Positions 51,920-63,908 of a stretch of DNA of 64,000 bases are shown one piece after another. The notes beneath the pieces were generated by a model. That model was not told where the DNA came from and did no database searches. It saw nothing but the letters and a program-made list of their open reading frames with translations. The stretch comes from Carcharhinus longimanus (lineage: Eukaryota). The number at the start of each line of letters is the position of its first letter. Position 1 is the first letter of the stretch. The stretch lies in contig JASCQW010000112.1 in the NCBI GenBank assembly GCA_030264375.1, positions 36,556,444 through 36,620,443 of the forward strand, written 5' to 3'. Made by a program: the position numbers and the translations under genes.

Positions 51920-52800
51920 TAGGCATAATGGTTTGCTCAATAGTTGTCTTGCTGAGCAGGTCATCGTTATATCACCTCATTCTTCTGTTTGGCATTCTCA
52001 TAAAGAGGCCAGTAACCTTCTCTCTATTCAGAGGATTCCCTTTTCCCCCGGGAATCATTGACACATTCTCAGAGTTGGAGTGAGGCAGCCTGAATTAGTG
52101 GGAGATGAAAAAGTCATAGCAGCTGTCAGGAAAGCAAGCACACATATGCTCTTGTTATAGTTGCAGACCAGTTGGACATTCAGGGAGTGGAAACCTTACC
52201 TACTGATGGATTCCTAGTATTTGCTGGGGCTGCATGGGTATAATGAATGATGCCCTTCACCTGGGGAGAATCCAATGATGGAGGTGAGACCTAATGCCCA
52301 CTGTCCCTGACACCATGAATATGCTGTCTAGCTTTGACAAGAAGGGCATCAACGACCTATAAAGGTTAGTGAGAGTCATAGCTGACATGCCAAATTTCCT
52401 TAGTCTTCTGAGAAGTTATAGGGGAGTAGGGAGCAGGAAAGTGGATTCACCAAGGCCTTAAACCTTGGATGCAATAATGTGCAGCCACTTGCAAGATGAC
52501 ATTAAGATCCACAGCTGATCCGTGGAAGGAGCCAGAAGCAAAGTAGTTTAAGGCCTTGGTGACCATAACAATCACCAGCAGGGCACAACAACCAATTCTA
52601 GAAGGTGCAAGGTTTTCATCAACGAGGGCACAGATGTCAGTGACCACATCTGAGAGTGCAGACTGCGCCAACATTGACTCCCAGTCATCTCCATTTTCGG
52701 TGGTTGATTGTGTTTAGCGTATGGACTTTTTTGCCTTCCTGTCACTCTTTCCTCTCTTGTACCCTTCTGTTGCTCTTCCTCCAGATGGTGTTGCCATCTG
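51920..52800 (-). mobile_element. Decayed PIF/Harbinger (HARBI1-like) DDE transposase
   Basis: Minus-strand segments VTKALNYFASGSFHG...QVAAHYCI, GFHSLNVQLVCNYNK and TIEQTI resemble Harbinger transposase motifs; many frameshifts and stops. Confidence 0.75.
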
Positions 52801-53159
52801 GCCCATAATCTGACAGCGGTACCTTTATTTCCAACTGGAACATTACTGCTGGGCTGCCTTGCCCCTTGCTCTTCTACTAGGAGGTGAGAGGATACTAGCC
52901 CCATTCAATAAACATAATGAGGTGCAGGAGTAGACATTAGGACCAGAATTTTCCAGCTGTTCATGTTGGCAGGATCTTCTGGTCCCACTGACAGCACACC
53001 TCCACCGTGGGTCCTGCCACTGGCCAATGGCGAGCTGCATCTACCGCTGCAAAATATGCAGTCAGGGAAGTATCCCAGCCACAGTTTCTTGAGCCTGCTT
53101 CACCTTTCAATTAAATCATGGATTACGGCCTTAACTCCACTTTCCTGCCTACTCCCCTA

Positions 53160-53645
53160 TAACTTCTCAGAAGACTAAGGAAATTTGGCATGTCAGCTAT
53201 GACTCTCACTAACCTTTACAGATGCACCATAGAAAGAATTCTTTTTGGTTTATATCACAGTTTGGTATGGCTCCTGCTCTGCCCAAGACCGCAAGGAACT
53301 ACAAAGAGTCGTGAGTGTAGACCAATCCATCACACAAACCAGTCTCCCATCCATTGGCTATATCTATACTTTNNNNNNNNNNNNNNNNNNNNNNNNNNNN
53401 NNNNNNNNNNNNNNNNNNNNNNNNNNNNNNNNNNNNNNNNNNNNNNNNNNNNNNNNNNNNNNNNNNNNNNNNNNNNNNNNNNNNNNNNNNNNNNNNNNNN
53501 NNNNNNNNNNNNNNNNNNNNNNNNNNNNNNNNNNNNNNNNNNNNNNNNNNNNNNNNNNNNNNNNNNNNNNNNNNNNNNNNNNNNNNNNNNNNNNNNNNNN
53601 NNNNNTTATGTAACACGTGACAATCATAAATAAATCAAACCAAAA
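53160..53645 (+). mobile_element. Rex1/Babar-type LINE 3' fragment (gapped)
   Basis: LRRLRKFGMSAMTLTNLYRCTIE..L...ITVWYGSCSAQDRKELQRVV motif; A-rich tail aataaatcaaacc. Confidence 0.75.
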
Positions 53646-54839
53646 ATAACCCTCCATTCCCTTGTAGATCAAAATTTCTCAGGACCGAGTATCAACTCTC
53701 CCTGTCACCTGTGCAAGACTAGGGGAAGAAGTGTCCAGTCACCCATGGCCCTGCTGACCCTCTTGGGATAGGTTGATGCCTTGGATTGATGGGAGGATGA
53801 AAGACTCATGATTGATCTCCCACTCCTTCAATTGTTCACCACACACACCCCCCACCCCAGCAATGCTAGAGCTTTGAAAGAATCATAGTTGGTTGGGATT
53901 AGAGATGATGCCTCTCATGTGCCTCATTTTTGACAGCAGCATTTGATATTGACACACTCCTGGTATTTTCACAGCCCCAATTCCAGTCTTCAGTCCCCTG
54001 TATCTCATATTGTGTTTTCTAGCAAATTGGCAGATTTTTAAGTGTTGCACATGGTGAGTCCAAACCTTTTAAATCAGGGCATATTATTTTTTCAGCAGAT
54101 GTCAATTCTACAATTCTGTAGAAAACTGGCCTTTATGCAACGTGCCAACTACTTGCATGTTTTAAAGCTGAAAATACATAGAGGTGTACAAGTTTGTGAT
54201 AAATTCAAGCAATAGGAAGGCTAGGGTTTATAGCTATGTTGAATAATGGTTCTAATATTTGACAGTAGTTCTGGGGTTTGGCCACTAGAGACAATTAGCA
54301 CCCCAGACTGGAAATGTTACTGGAGGGATGAGCATGGGACATTTTTAAATTGTTTGCGCAAGTTGGGTTCCTTCTAATGTGGTATCTTGCCTCTTGTTTT
54401 TGAGGCAGTAGCTGTTGTGAAAGATGTTGAGAAACTAGGCAGACGGCCAAGAAGGAAACATCTGGCACCTACCCTTTATCCTCTCCAGGACAAGAATCTG
54501 AGGAAACTATAGGTGGATGTGGGAAATCAGAGGTTGGAGAAATTGATTTCTTTAATAACTAATAGCAACAAACTAAAATTGCTCCAGTAGTGACATTAGT
54601 GTCAAAATTCCCCACAAATCACCCACAGTGCCAACATAAGACTAAATTATTGTAAGTACCCTGATATCCTTTTATAGTAAGGATATGACCTGCTGCTATC
54701 CCCCTCAATCCCACCTTTGAGGAACTACAGCTTATTTTCCTCATCTCCTTGGAATTTGCTTTGGACTTTTGCTGTAATGAATAGTGTCACAGGGATCAGT
54801 GCTGTGGCCTTAGCCATTTAATATCTACAGAATGGATTC

Positions 54840-55120
54840 ATAGAATCTCTACAGTGCAGAAAGAGGCCATTTGGCCCATCAAGCCTGCACCAACAATCCA
54901 CCTAACCCCTATCCCCATAACTGCATGTATTTACCCCATTAATTGGTGTCCCAAGGTGTGTAGATTAGGGCAAAGGGCCAATCTACCTATCCTGCACATC
55001 TTTGGACTGTGGGAGGAGACCAAAGCATCCAGAGGAAACCCACACCTTGCACATTCTCCCCAAACTCCAGAGTCATCCAAAGCTGGAACTGAATCTAGGT
55101 TCCTGGTGCTGAGGTATTGG
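54840..55120 (-). mobile_element. HE1-type SINE (minus), old
   Basis: catagaatctctacagtgcagaa tail and ctgcacatctttggactgtggga...gaggaaaccc core in reverse orientation. Confidence 0.7.
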
Positions 55121-55449
55121 CGAGGTTAAACAAGGCAAAAAGTTAAATAAATAGGAGAATATGGCAAGTCCTAGAGGGTCTTGGAGTGAATGTCAAGGCA
55201 TAAAATATAACAGCAAGGAAAGTTACACCAGAGCTATACAATACACTGGTTGGGTCACAACTTGAGTACTGATTGAATCCTCTCTTGTGCAATTACGAGG
55301 AGATTTACAAGGATGGTGCTAGGACTGGGAAATCACAGAAATGAGGAAANNNNNNNNNNNNNNNNNNNNNNNNNNNNNNNNNNNNNNNNNNNNNNNNNNN
55401 NNNNNNNNNNNNNNNNNNNNNNNNNNNNNNNNNNNNNNNNNNNNNNNNN

Positions 55450-56830
55450 ATTGAATGGCGGGGCAGGCTCGAAGGGCCAGATGGCCTACTCCTGCTCCTA
55501 TTTCTTATGTTCTTATGTTCTTATATCTGCTTACTGGATGGATAACAGTTAATCTAATTAATACCAGTAAGCTTCTAGAAAAAAATGTTTGGAATAGAAT
55601 TTAGTCTCTTGGATAAATATGGGTTGATTAGGAAGAGCCAGAATGGATTTCTAAAGGGGAATCTGTGTTTAACTAACTTACTGGATTTTTTTGAAGTGGT
55701 AACAGGGTCGATGAGGGTAATGTGGTTGATGTGGTGTACATAGACTTTCAAAAGACGTTTGATAAAGTACCACACGACAGACTTGTGAGAAAAGTTATAG
55801 TTCATGAAATAAAAGGGACAATAACAATATGGATACAAAATTGGCTGAATAATAGAAAGCAGAGAATAATGGTCAATGGATATTTTGACTAGAGGAAGAT
55901 TTGTGGTGGTTTCCCCAGAGGTCTGTATTGGGACACTTGCTTTTCCTGATTAATATATTAATGATCTAAATATTGGTGTGCAATAGGACAATTCCAAAGT
56001 CTGCAGATGATACAAAACTTGGAAGTAATGTAAATTGTGAGGAGTGTAGAATTTCCTAAGGACAGGGACAAGTTGGTGGAGTGGGCAGATAGGTGGCAGG
56101 TGAAATTCAATACAGAGAAGTATGAGGTGATGCATTTTGGTAGGAAAAACATGAACAGTACAAAATAAGGGGTAAAATTCTAAAAGGGGTGCAGGAGCAG
56201 AAGGACCTGGTATATACGTGCATAGATATTTGAAGGTGGCAGGACAGTTGGAGTATTCTGGGCTTTATTAATAGGAGCATAGAGTATAAGAGCAAGGAGG
56301 TTATGCTGAATTTATGCAAGACACTAATTAGATCTTTGCTAGAATGTTGTGTACAGTTCTGAGTGCCATACTATAGAAAGCATGTGAGAGTGCAGAAGAG
56401 GTTTACGAGATTGAAGTTTCTCATCCCTGGAACCAGTTATGAGGGTAGGTTAGGGAGGTTGGGCCTGTTTTGAGAGAAGGTGGCAAAGGGATTTTATAGA
56501 GATGCTCAAAATCATGAGGGGGCTTGGCAGAATAGAAAGGGAGAAACTGCTCCCTCTTGTAAAAGGGGGGCACAAATTTAAAGTGATTTGTAAGAGCAAA
56601 TGTACTGTGAGAAGGAATTGAGCGGTCTAGAATGCACTGCCTGGAATTCTGGTGGACACAGGTTCAATCGAGACTTAAGTGGACATTATTTCTCTTCAAG
56701 TAATCATCTAATGTAGAGGGTTAGGGGGAAAAGGCAGGGGAATGGCACTAAGTCATGATACTTGTTTGGAGAACTGAAGCAAAAGGGCTGAATGGCTTCC
56801 TTCTGCATCATAACAATTCTGTGATTGTGA
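55450..56830 (+). mobile_element. Young CR1 tail (55450-55520) followed by an old CR1 RT-to-3' fragment
   Basis: Tail ...ttcttatgttcttatg; then GFLKGNLCLTNLLDFFEVVT, VVYIDFQKTFDKVPH, ADDTKLG and later motifs with disablements. Confidence 0.8.
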
Positions 56831-58339
56831 ACATCATGAGGTTGATCATTGTTCTCACTGCGACTGACCTGGGCTCTGCTCTGTGCCCTATCCATAGTAA
56901 AATCCAGTATTTTGTTGTAGTTCAATGAATAATCACCAAGGACCTATAGAAAATGATGTATTATTTAGACAGAGGAGTAAATTTGTGCATAGCATGATCC
57001 CAGAAACTGATGAATGACGAGGTAATCTGTTTTCGTAAATGTTAGTTAAGGAATAAATGTGGCAGAATACTAGGAAAATTTCTTTACTCTTCTTCAAATA
57101 GTGCTGTGCAATCTCCTACATGCAGCTGAACAGGCAAGCAGGCATGGCTTTAGTTTAATATCCGAATCTGAAAAATGGAACGCAGCATTCCCTCAGTTCT
57201 GCACTGAAATGTTAGTCTAGATTGTCTGCTCAAGTCTTCAAAACTTGAAACCTCAACCTCCAGAAGTAAGGATCTTGCTAATGATAAAATCATTAGTTGA
57301 GAAATCTAGACCTACTTTGAATTTTTACAGTAACTAAATTGAATCCCTGACTTGTGTGTGTGTTTTCTAAGAAGTAAATTCACTCTAACCTAGGATTAAT
57401 TATCATCTAATGAAGCCTAACTGGAACTGAATGGTTAAATTTACTATACTGAAAGTATATTCTTAAAAAATACTTAATTAAATTTAAACAAAATTTAAGA
57501 GATGCAGATACCATGCAAACTCTTCCCTGAACTGTCAAAAAATGTACCAATGGTATGCATAAAAGTTCTAGTGTTAAAATACTCAGCATTTTAGTCTTCC
57601 TTAATCCTTTTTGCTTCAGATGTGTTCCCCTTGTCTGAAAGAAAATTCCACACAATTGTTTAGCAAACTATTACAGGAAAGAGATATTTTCCTTGTTGGT
57701 TTTATTTCAAGCTTTGAGTCGCGTTTAAATGAATGTTTTACTTGTACATAAGCAAGCTATTAAATGTTCAATCTTTGTTATTGCAGCCTTACAGAATCAG
57801 ATCCTAAATTCCCATCCTCTGCTCTTTTGCAGGTCACAGGAATAGCAGTTGGCTACTATCTGTCTAAGTGGGCTGTAAATTTAACTTAATTTAATAAATT
57901 TCAGTTCAGAGTAACCTACCAAATCCACATTCCTGGATAAAGCAGCAAGAATGATATGCAATCAAACACTAGTTTTTTGCATTCATTTCTTATATAAAAG
58001 TGTCACAGACACGTGGGAGTGTTTGGATAATACCAGGAAAAACATCTGGAAAAAGTGCACAAAGTCGTCCCAAGATGACATAGATGGATAACTTGCTTCT
58101 TTGAGCCAGGCAGTGAGGGAATATAATGCAGCCCATGCTCAGAACAAGTTTGGACAAAAGATAGATGTGATATCAATAACATTAGCTGAGTTACAAAAAC
58201 GTTTTTCAACCAGCACGTGAAACTTCAGGTGCAGATTTTGTAAGAAAAATAATTGAGATGCAATTCTGCACCAAATATTACAGAAAATATAGACTATTAA
58301 ACAAACTAGATCCTATTTTTAGAAATACTCTCACACCAT

Positions 58340-58850
58340 GAAATTTAGAGTCAGAGTTTTACAGCACAGAAAGAGCCCATCATGTCTGCACCGATTATCA
58401 AGCTACCTATCTATTCTAATTCCATTTTCCAGCACTTGATCTGTAGCCTTGTATCCTATGCCATTTCAAGTGCTCATCTAAATGCTTCTTAAGTGTTGTG
58501 AGGCTTCCCACCTCCACCACCTTTTCAGGCAGTGAGTTCCAGATTCCCATCACCCTATGCCTGAAAAGGTTTTTCCTCAAATCCCCTCTAAATCTCCTGC
58601 CGCTTATCTTAAATCTATACCACCTGACTATTGACCACTCTAAGGGAAAAAGTTCCTTCCTATCTGCCCTGTGTCCCTCATAATTTTGTACACCTCAATC
58701 AGTCCCTCTCGCCTTTCTTTGCTCCAAGAAAACAACCCCAGCCAATCTCGTCTCTCTTGATTACTGAAACGCTGCAGCCCAGGCAGCATCCTGGTGAATC
58801 GCCTCTGCACCCTTTCTAGTGCAATCACATCCTTCCTATACTGTGGCGAG
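58340..58850 (-). mobile_element. CR1 LINE 3' fragment
   Basis: IALERVQRRFTRMLPGL...LGLFSW...GLIEVYKIMR. Confidence 0.85.
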
Positions 58851-58983
58851 CAGATTAATATTTCAAGTTACAAATCTTCTCCCTTTAACCGTTCAAAAGC
58901 CATAGAAGGGTTAAAGCTTTTAAATTAAAACCATTTTCATTTGCAATGACTTGCACTACTGAGTGATTTCAGAATAAGTCCCC

Positions 58984-59107
58984 GGGTGGGATTTTACAGC
59001 CTCGCTCGAGCGAGACCGGAAATTCCCACCCAGGGTCAACAGACGTTTCCACTGTCCACATCTCACCCAGTCCAATTCCGTGGCAGGCGAGGTGATAGAA
59101 TTCCGGT
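58984..59107. mobile_element. Short MITE-like element beginning with a 48-bp palindrome
   Basis: 58984-59031 is an imperfect palindrome (20 of 24 pairs); termini resemble the gggtggaatttt TIR family. Confidence 0.5.
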
Positions 59108-59762
59108 GATTGAGTACTACAAAGTCATATTTTCTTTATAGTTTTGCCTATCTTTACAATCTTCCACAAAAATTATATTTCTATACTTAACATTCTAAAG
59201 TTTCCATGGAGTTTGATAATTGTATTAGAAGAATTCATAGTTTGAATCCTCAGATGAGATCAGATAAGCAAGTTCCTTCTGAATGCAAGAATCCTAAATA
59301 AAATGCAGTTTGGGTAACAGAGCCCCACAGTTGATAGGGTGCACAGGACAAACTCAAGCTGGAAGAATGGCTATTGTGAAAATTGGAAATGCCATGTTGT
59401 TGAGCTAAAGCATGGGGAGCTTCACCCCACCACTTTCATAATGCACAAAATGCTGAGATTAGCAAAGTTACGATATTTTCCGATCATATTTCAGCAACAG
59501 ATGGAAAGTAATCAATAACCAAGTTACATTTTCAATAATTACAAAAAAAACTCAAAGAACTGTTATGTACGGCAACAGTGCATTTTTGTAAACTCAACAT
59601 GAGTTTTAAAATCAGTAACATTGCACCAGTGTAAACTGAGAATCAAAAATATGCAACGTATCAACAGTAGCGAGATTAGAATATTTAGCAGTAAAAAGAT
59701 ACAGGACAATCACTGATAATCCCCCTATATACCAAACTACTTTACAGCAAAATTTGGCTCAA

Positions 59763-59768
59763 TTTATT
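59763..59768 (-). promoter_or_regulatory. Candidate proximal ERO1A poly(A) signal (distal candidate at 57701-57706)
   Basis: TTTATT on the plus strand (AATAAA on minus) about 90 nt after the stop codon. Confidence 0.35.
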
Positions 59769-59858
59769 TCCCTTTTCACATTCAGTAAAGTTTAGGCAGG
59801 TTGACCATCCATGGATTTTTTTTTCAAAAAAAGGATGGCTTTAAGCTGTAAAAATCTA

Positions 59859-59964
59859 TTATAAAAATGTCCTCTGTCTTAAAGAATCGGCTGTTTGGAG
59901 TTCTTTTTGTGCAGATTCCAGTAGTTCTATAAAGTTCTGAAGCTCCCGGACACTGGTAGAAATC
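59859..59964 (-). CDS. ERO1A: ERO1A last exon ((R)ISTSVRELQNFIELLESAQKELQTADSLRQRTFL*)
   Basis: ttttgttacag acceptor; matches human RISTSVKELENFRNLL; TAA at 59861-59859 followed by TAG. Confidence 0.9.
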
Positions 59965-60655
59965 CTGTAACAAAAGAAAGTGATCACTGTTATGCGTCAG
60001 TGATATAGTGACCTTGTTGCCCAACATTTACTGGTTAAGAGTTTGAGCAGTGTTCAAATGAATAGGAATCATTGATAGCTGAGCAGATGCTGGCATCAGA
60101 ACTCCCTTCTTAAATTTAATTGGAAAACCATTGATAGCCCCAAATTCCCAGACTGCTAGTGGAAATGGAGAATGGAATTTCTACCCCAGTTCTGATCCCA
60201 CCCTAAATCTCAGGGTTGAGATTTAACATAAAAGGAAGTGGATGGCGGGATCAGTTACAGCACTCCCAGGCAATCTGTCCCTGGGTCAGGGTGGAATTTC
60301 AAAGCAACGCCTTACCATTCTGCTCAAAGAACAATTTTCTTCTGTACTTGTCATACAGCATTAACCCCACTTTTGCTGGTTTGTAATGATATACTTTACA
60401 CTGGGGACAGAAGAGACAGAGCAGGCAGTAACTGTGAGTAGGTCACAGTATTCTGCCATCTCCTTCTGACATTGACACAGGGACAAGAAGCGGTTGTTTA
60501 CCCTCTCCATTTTCATGCTCCACTCAACAATCCACCCTCCACCATGCCCCGCCTCCTGCCATCAAAAAAGTGGCACTGTTCAATAGCTATAAAAAGGTGC
60601 AACCCAACGTTTAATTTCAACATAAATATATAAACCAAGTAGTAAAAATTCTCAC

Positions 60656-60789
60656 CTTCCAAAAGCATTAAAGAGTGCAACAATATCTTGGCGCTTCAGG
60701 TGGAATCTTTGGCCTGGACCCGAGTCTGGTAAACTGTTTATTTGCTTCTCAGAGAACAGGATTTTCAGAACGGTACCCAGTCCTTGTGT
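60656..60789 (-). CDS. ERO1A: ERO1A exon ([16 protein letters not shown]...[11 protein letters not shown](R))
   Basis: cgacag acceptor and gtgaga donor, 134 nt; matches human [15 protein letters not shown]...QEIVSLFNAFGR. Confidence 0.93.
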
Positions 60790-60879
60790 CTGTCGAAATC
60801 ATTATAGCGTATATTAACATCTCCATTGATAGGAGGGAGGTTTAAAATAGCTTTTTGTTTGGAGATACTTAATACTGAC

Positions 60880-60966
60880 CTGAAGCTTGCCCCAGAGTCT
60901 ACACTTAAAGCAACCAACGCAATCCATTATCCTTGAAATATTTTTGAAATGCAGCCGGAATTCTTC
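60880..60966 (-). CDS. ERO1A: ERO1A exon with inner active site ([29 protein letters not shown])
   Basis: CxxCxxC motif CVGCFKC (alpha-type; ERO1B has CVGCDKC); 87 nt, aag/gtcagt splice sites. Confidence 0.95.
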
Positions 60967-62345
60967 CTTTAATAGGAGAGAAAGATGGATTATATTTCTT
61001 GCTATACCATTAAATTCACAGGCCAGATTTACAAAAATACATTTTAAGCCACAATCCATTCTTTTGAGCACGGTCAGTCTTTTGCCATTGCTGCTCTGAA
61101 GGCAGAAGGTACACGGCAAGTGACAGAATGAACTGTCCTCCAGATTCAACTCCCCACCCCATCATTCTTTAGTATAGCAGTCTGATGGCTGCATTTCCGT
61201 CTCAGCAGAATTAGTTTAATTGAGGCTATACAGGGCTTTGGACTTTAAAACAGTTGCTTCTGAATTGGGACATAGTACCAGACCCAATCTGCAAATATTT
61301 TCTCTATTTTCCCATTATTTTCATGTAATGCTGAGGTCATTTGTGATACTATACAAATCCAAATGAAAATACTGTTGTGAAAGTCTGGCATTGTCATTAG
61401 CTGTCTCTTGCTTGAAGAGAAAACCCAGACATGAACAATTTATTCTTCAATTTTATTTCTTGAATTCAAAAAATTCTCTATCTCCTCCTCTTACATGACT
61501 AGGAAAATTCAAATGTTCTTGTGTTGCATTTTCCAATATTAAAATAATTAGTGGAGTTAAGATATTTTAATCCAGTGTTGCTCTATTCTACTAAGAATTA
61601 GAGATGGACTCATGTTTTGTGGATTTCTCCTAACTCCCTTAGATCTCAGTGGCATGAAATTCTAATGCATTTATCGTGCTTTTTTGTACATCAATAAGGA
61701 AGATGCTAAAAACGCTCACTATTCTTAACTACACATGCAATTAAATGCAGAACTCCCAGACCCTTGCTGTACTTGACAAAGATTCTCAACATGAAAATAG
61801 ATAGAATGATGTGAATTTGTAATACATAGTCACTAATCATGCCAGAAAAGATTAGGCTTGTCCAGTCCAATGCAAGTAAATCTTTAATGGTATGATAGTC
61901 ATAATAAGTTAACTGGCTCTCTTGTGTAGCCATATGCTAGGATACAGCAATCTGTGTGTTAAATTAGTTAAAATGATCTGAGGTATGGATTTGTGAATAA
62001 ATGTTATATTAATCTATGTTATTTGTTACAAGCTAGTTATTCATAAATAGACAACGCACATCTTTTTATGAGCAAAATGTGTCATTATTCAATGAAATCT
62101 TTGTACCAGAGGATTCTTTCTGGCTGAGAATTCAATGCAGGGTCAAGTCAAAGTCATAAATGTAGCATTGAAACCTATGTTAAATATTACCAAGGAATGT
62201 TTGCAGTTAGTGCATTACCTGGAATTTTTCATCTTCAATTGCTCTGTAGCTGTGATCAGAAAATGTGTCTGCATCAAACCAACCTTTGCTCACTATGGAC
62301 CCTTAGTTCCAACAAGTACAAATAACAGTTTTAGTGTATTGTTAC

Positions 62346-62415
62346 CTTGAGATTTTCAGCTTCCTTTTTTTCTCCAGCGAACAAGGACCGCTCATCAAAG
62401 GGGAAAGGGAATGAT
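62346..62415 (-). CDS. ERO1A: ERO1A exon ((K)SFPFPFDERSLFAGEKKEAENLK)
   Basis: ttattctag acceptor and gtaaca donor, 70 nt; matches human [23 protein letters not shown]. Confidence 0.9.
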
Positions 62416-63661
62416 CTAGAATAAAACACATTATTATTGGATAATCCATTATTGAGTAACAACAGAATGGGATTCAGGACACACTGATCATCAGCTTACT
62501 CCAAATTTACTTTGTCACAGAGAATGTGGATACACTAAGAACTGTACACATACAGTATCTGATTTAGTAGGGTGCTACAGAAGAGATTCATTACAATGAT
62601 TCAGGAACACAATAATGGAAGGATGTATAGCCCATATAGATAGGAAAATGGCAGAGACACAGAAGACGAGTAAATAGATTGAAGTTTATCAGGATATTGT
62701 TGTGCCCAGAGATCTGTGCTAAGATTTATGTTACGATCAGTATAAAGGTTTTGGACAAAAGCAAAAAGCTGGTTTTCTTGAAATTTCTTGATACCAAAGA
62801 GTGCAGGAGATTACAGGAAGACACGCAGATCAGCGAAATGGGAAAACGTGTGACATGTACAGTAAAACGTAAAGAAATGTGAAGGAGGAAGTGCAATAGT
62901 GACTGGAAATCTATTCAATGCATATTTATTCTACGAGGGAAATTAGATAGTGGGAGTTGATAAAAAGAAAGCAATGTAGACTTAAGGATATTGGGGTGGT
63001 TCTGCTGCTAATGTCTTATTTGCTTTTCCTGACATCAAACAAGCAAATAAGAAAAAATATATATGTCATAGACAAATGTGTTGTGAAAAGGAGGGGAGTG
63101 TTTTAATGCCATTTTTATATTATGCTGCTGGTATCAAGTAGAATTTGCAGATGGGTGCTGAGTATTTACCACTTGCTTGATATTAGGAAAGCAAGAGCTG
63201 GGTTCAAAACCTCATTTGTGCAGCATGCTCTCAGCAGATTAAATTATTTCATTAACAATACTGAAGAATGCTAGTGGCCATGAGAGCAAAGTTGGATTAA
63301 AAATGGTAAGGCCATCTGCTTCAACCCATGTGGCAGGTGCTGCTTTTAATAACTTGTTGGCATGAGACAGTCCCTTGTGTGCAACTGACCTACGACTGAA
63401 AACATCACACCTCGGACTCTTTTTGTCATCAGCTCTGCATGGAATAATGGAAGTTGAGGATGATTTGTGGGTTTAGCCCTTTAAAGTAAACTTGCAAAGT
63501 CATTAGTGGGATTTCTAACTAGAAAACAGGGCTAATTTGGTGCAGTTTCTTATTGCTATAAGATAAACCATTCTCTTTGACAAAGCTTGCAGAAGACTGC
63601 ACTGAAGCCTTTACAATTAGAAGCCTGTTGAAATCAAAAGCTTTATCAAATGGTAACTTAC

Positions 63662-63908
63662 TTGGCCAAATTGAGAATTTCCAGCAGAAGTTTTTTATTT
63701 TTTGCATCCACTTCACTGTTGCCTGTGTAAAGTTGGAAGGTAGGACGCTCAAAGAAAGGTAACACCTTAGATAAAGCTCTCAACTCTATGAGGTACAAGA
63801 AAAAAAGGTTTTGAAGCCTGCGTGGGCCTTCCCCTTTGGTAATCCCTGTGTCAAACCGCAGCTTGAATTCTGTAATATTGTGTCCCCACTTTTTTTCGAA
63901 CCAGGTAT
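63662..63908 (-). CDS. ERO1A: ERO1A exon ([15 protein letters not shown]...[31 protein letters not shown]...LLLEILNLA); gene continues beyond the window end
   Basis: tttccacag acceptor and gtaagt donor, 247 nt; strong match to ERO1 alpha. Confidence 0.95.
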
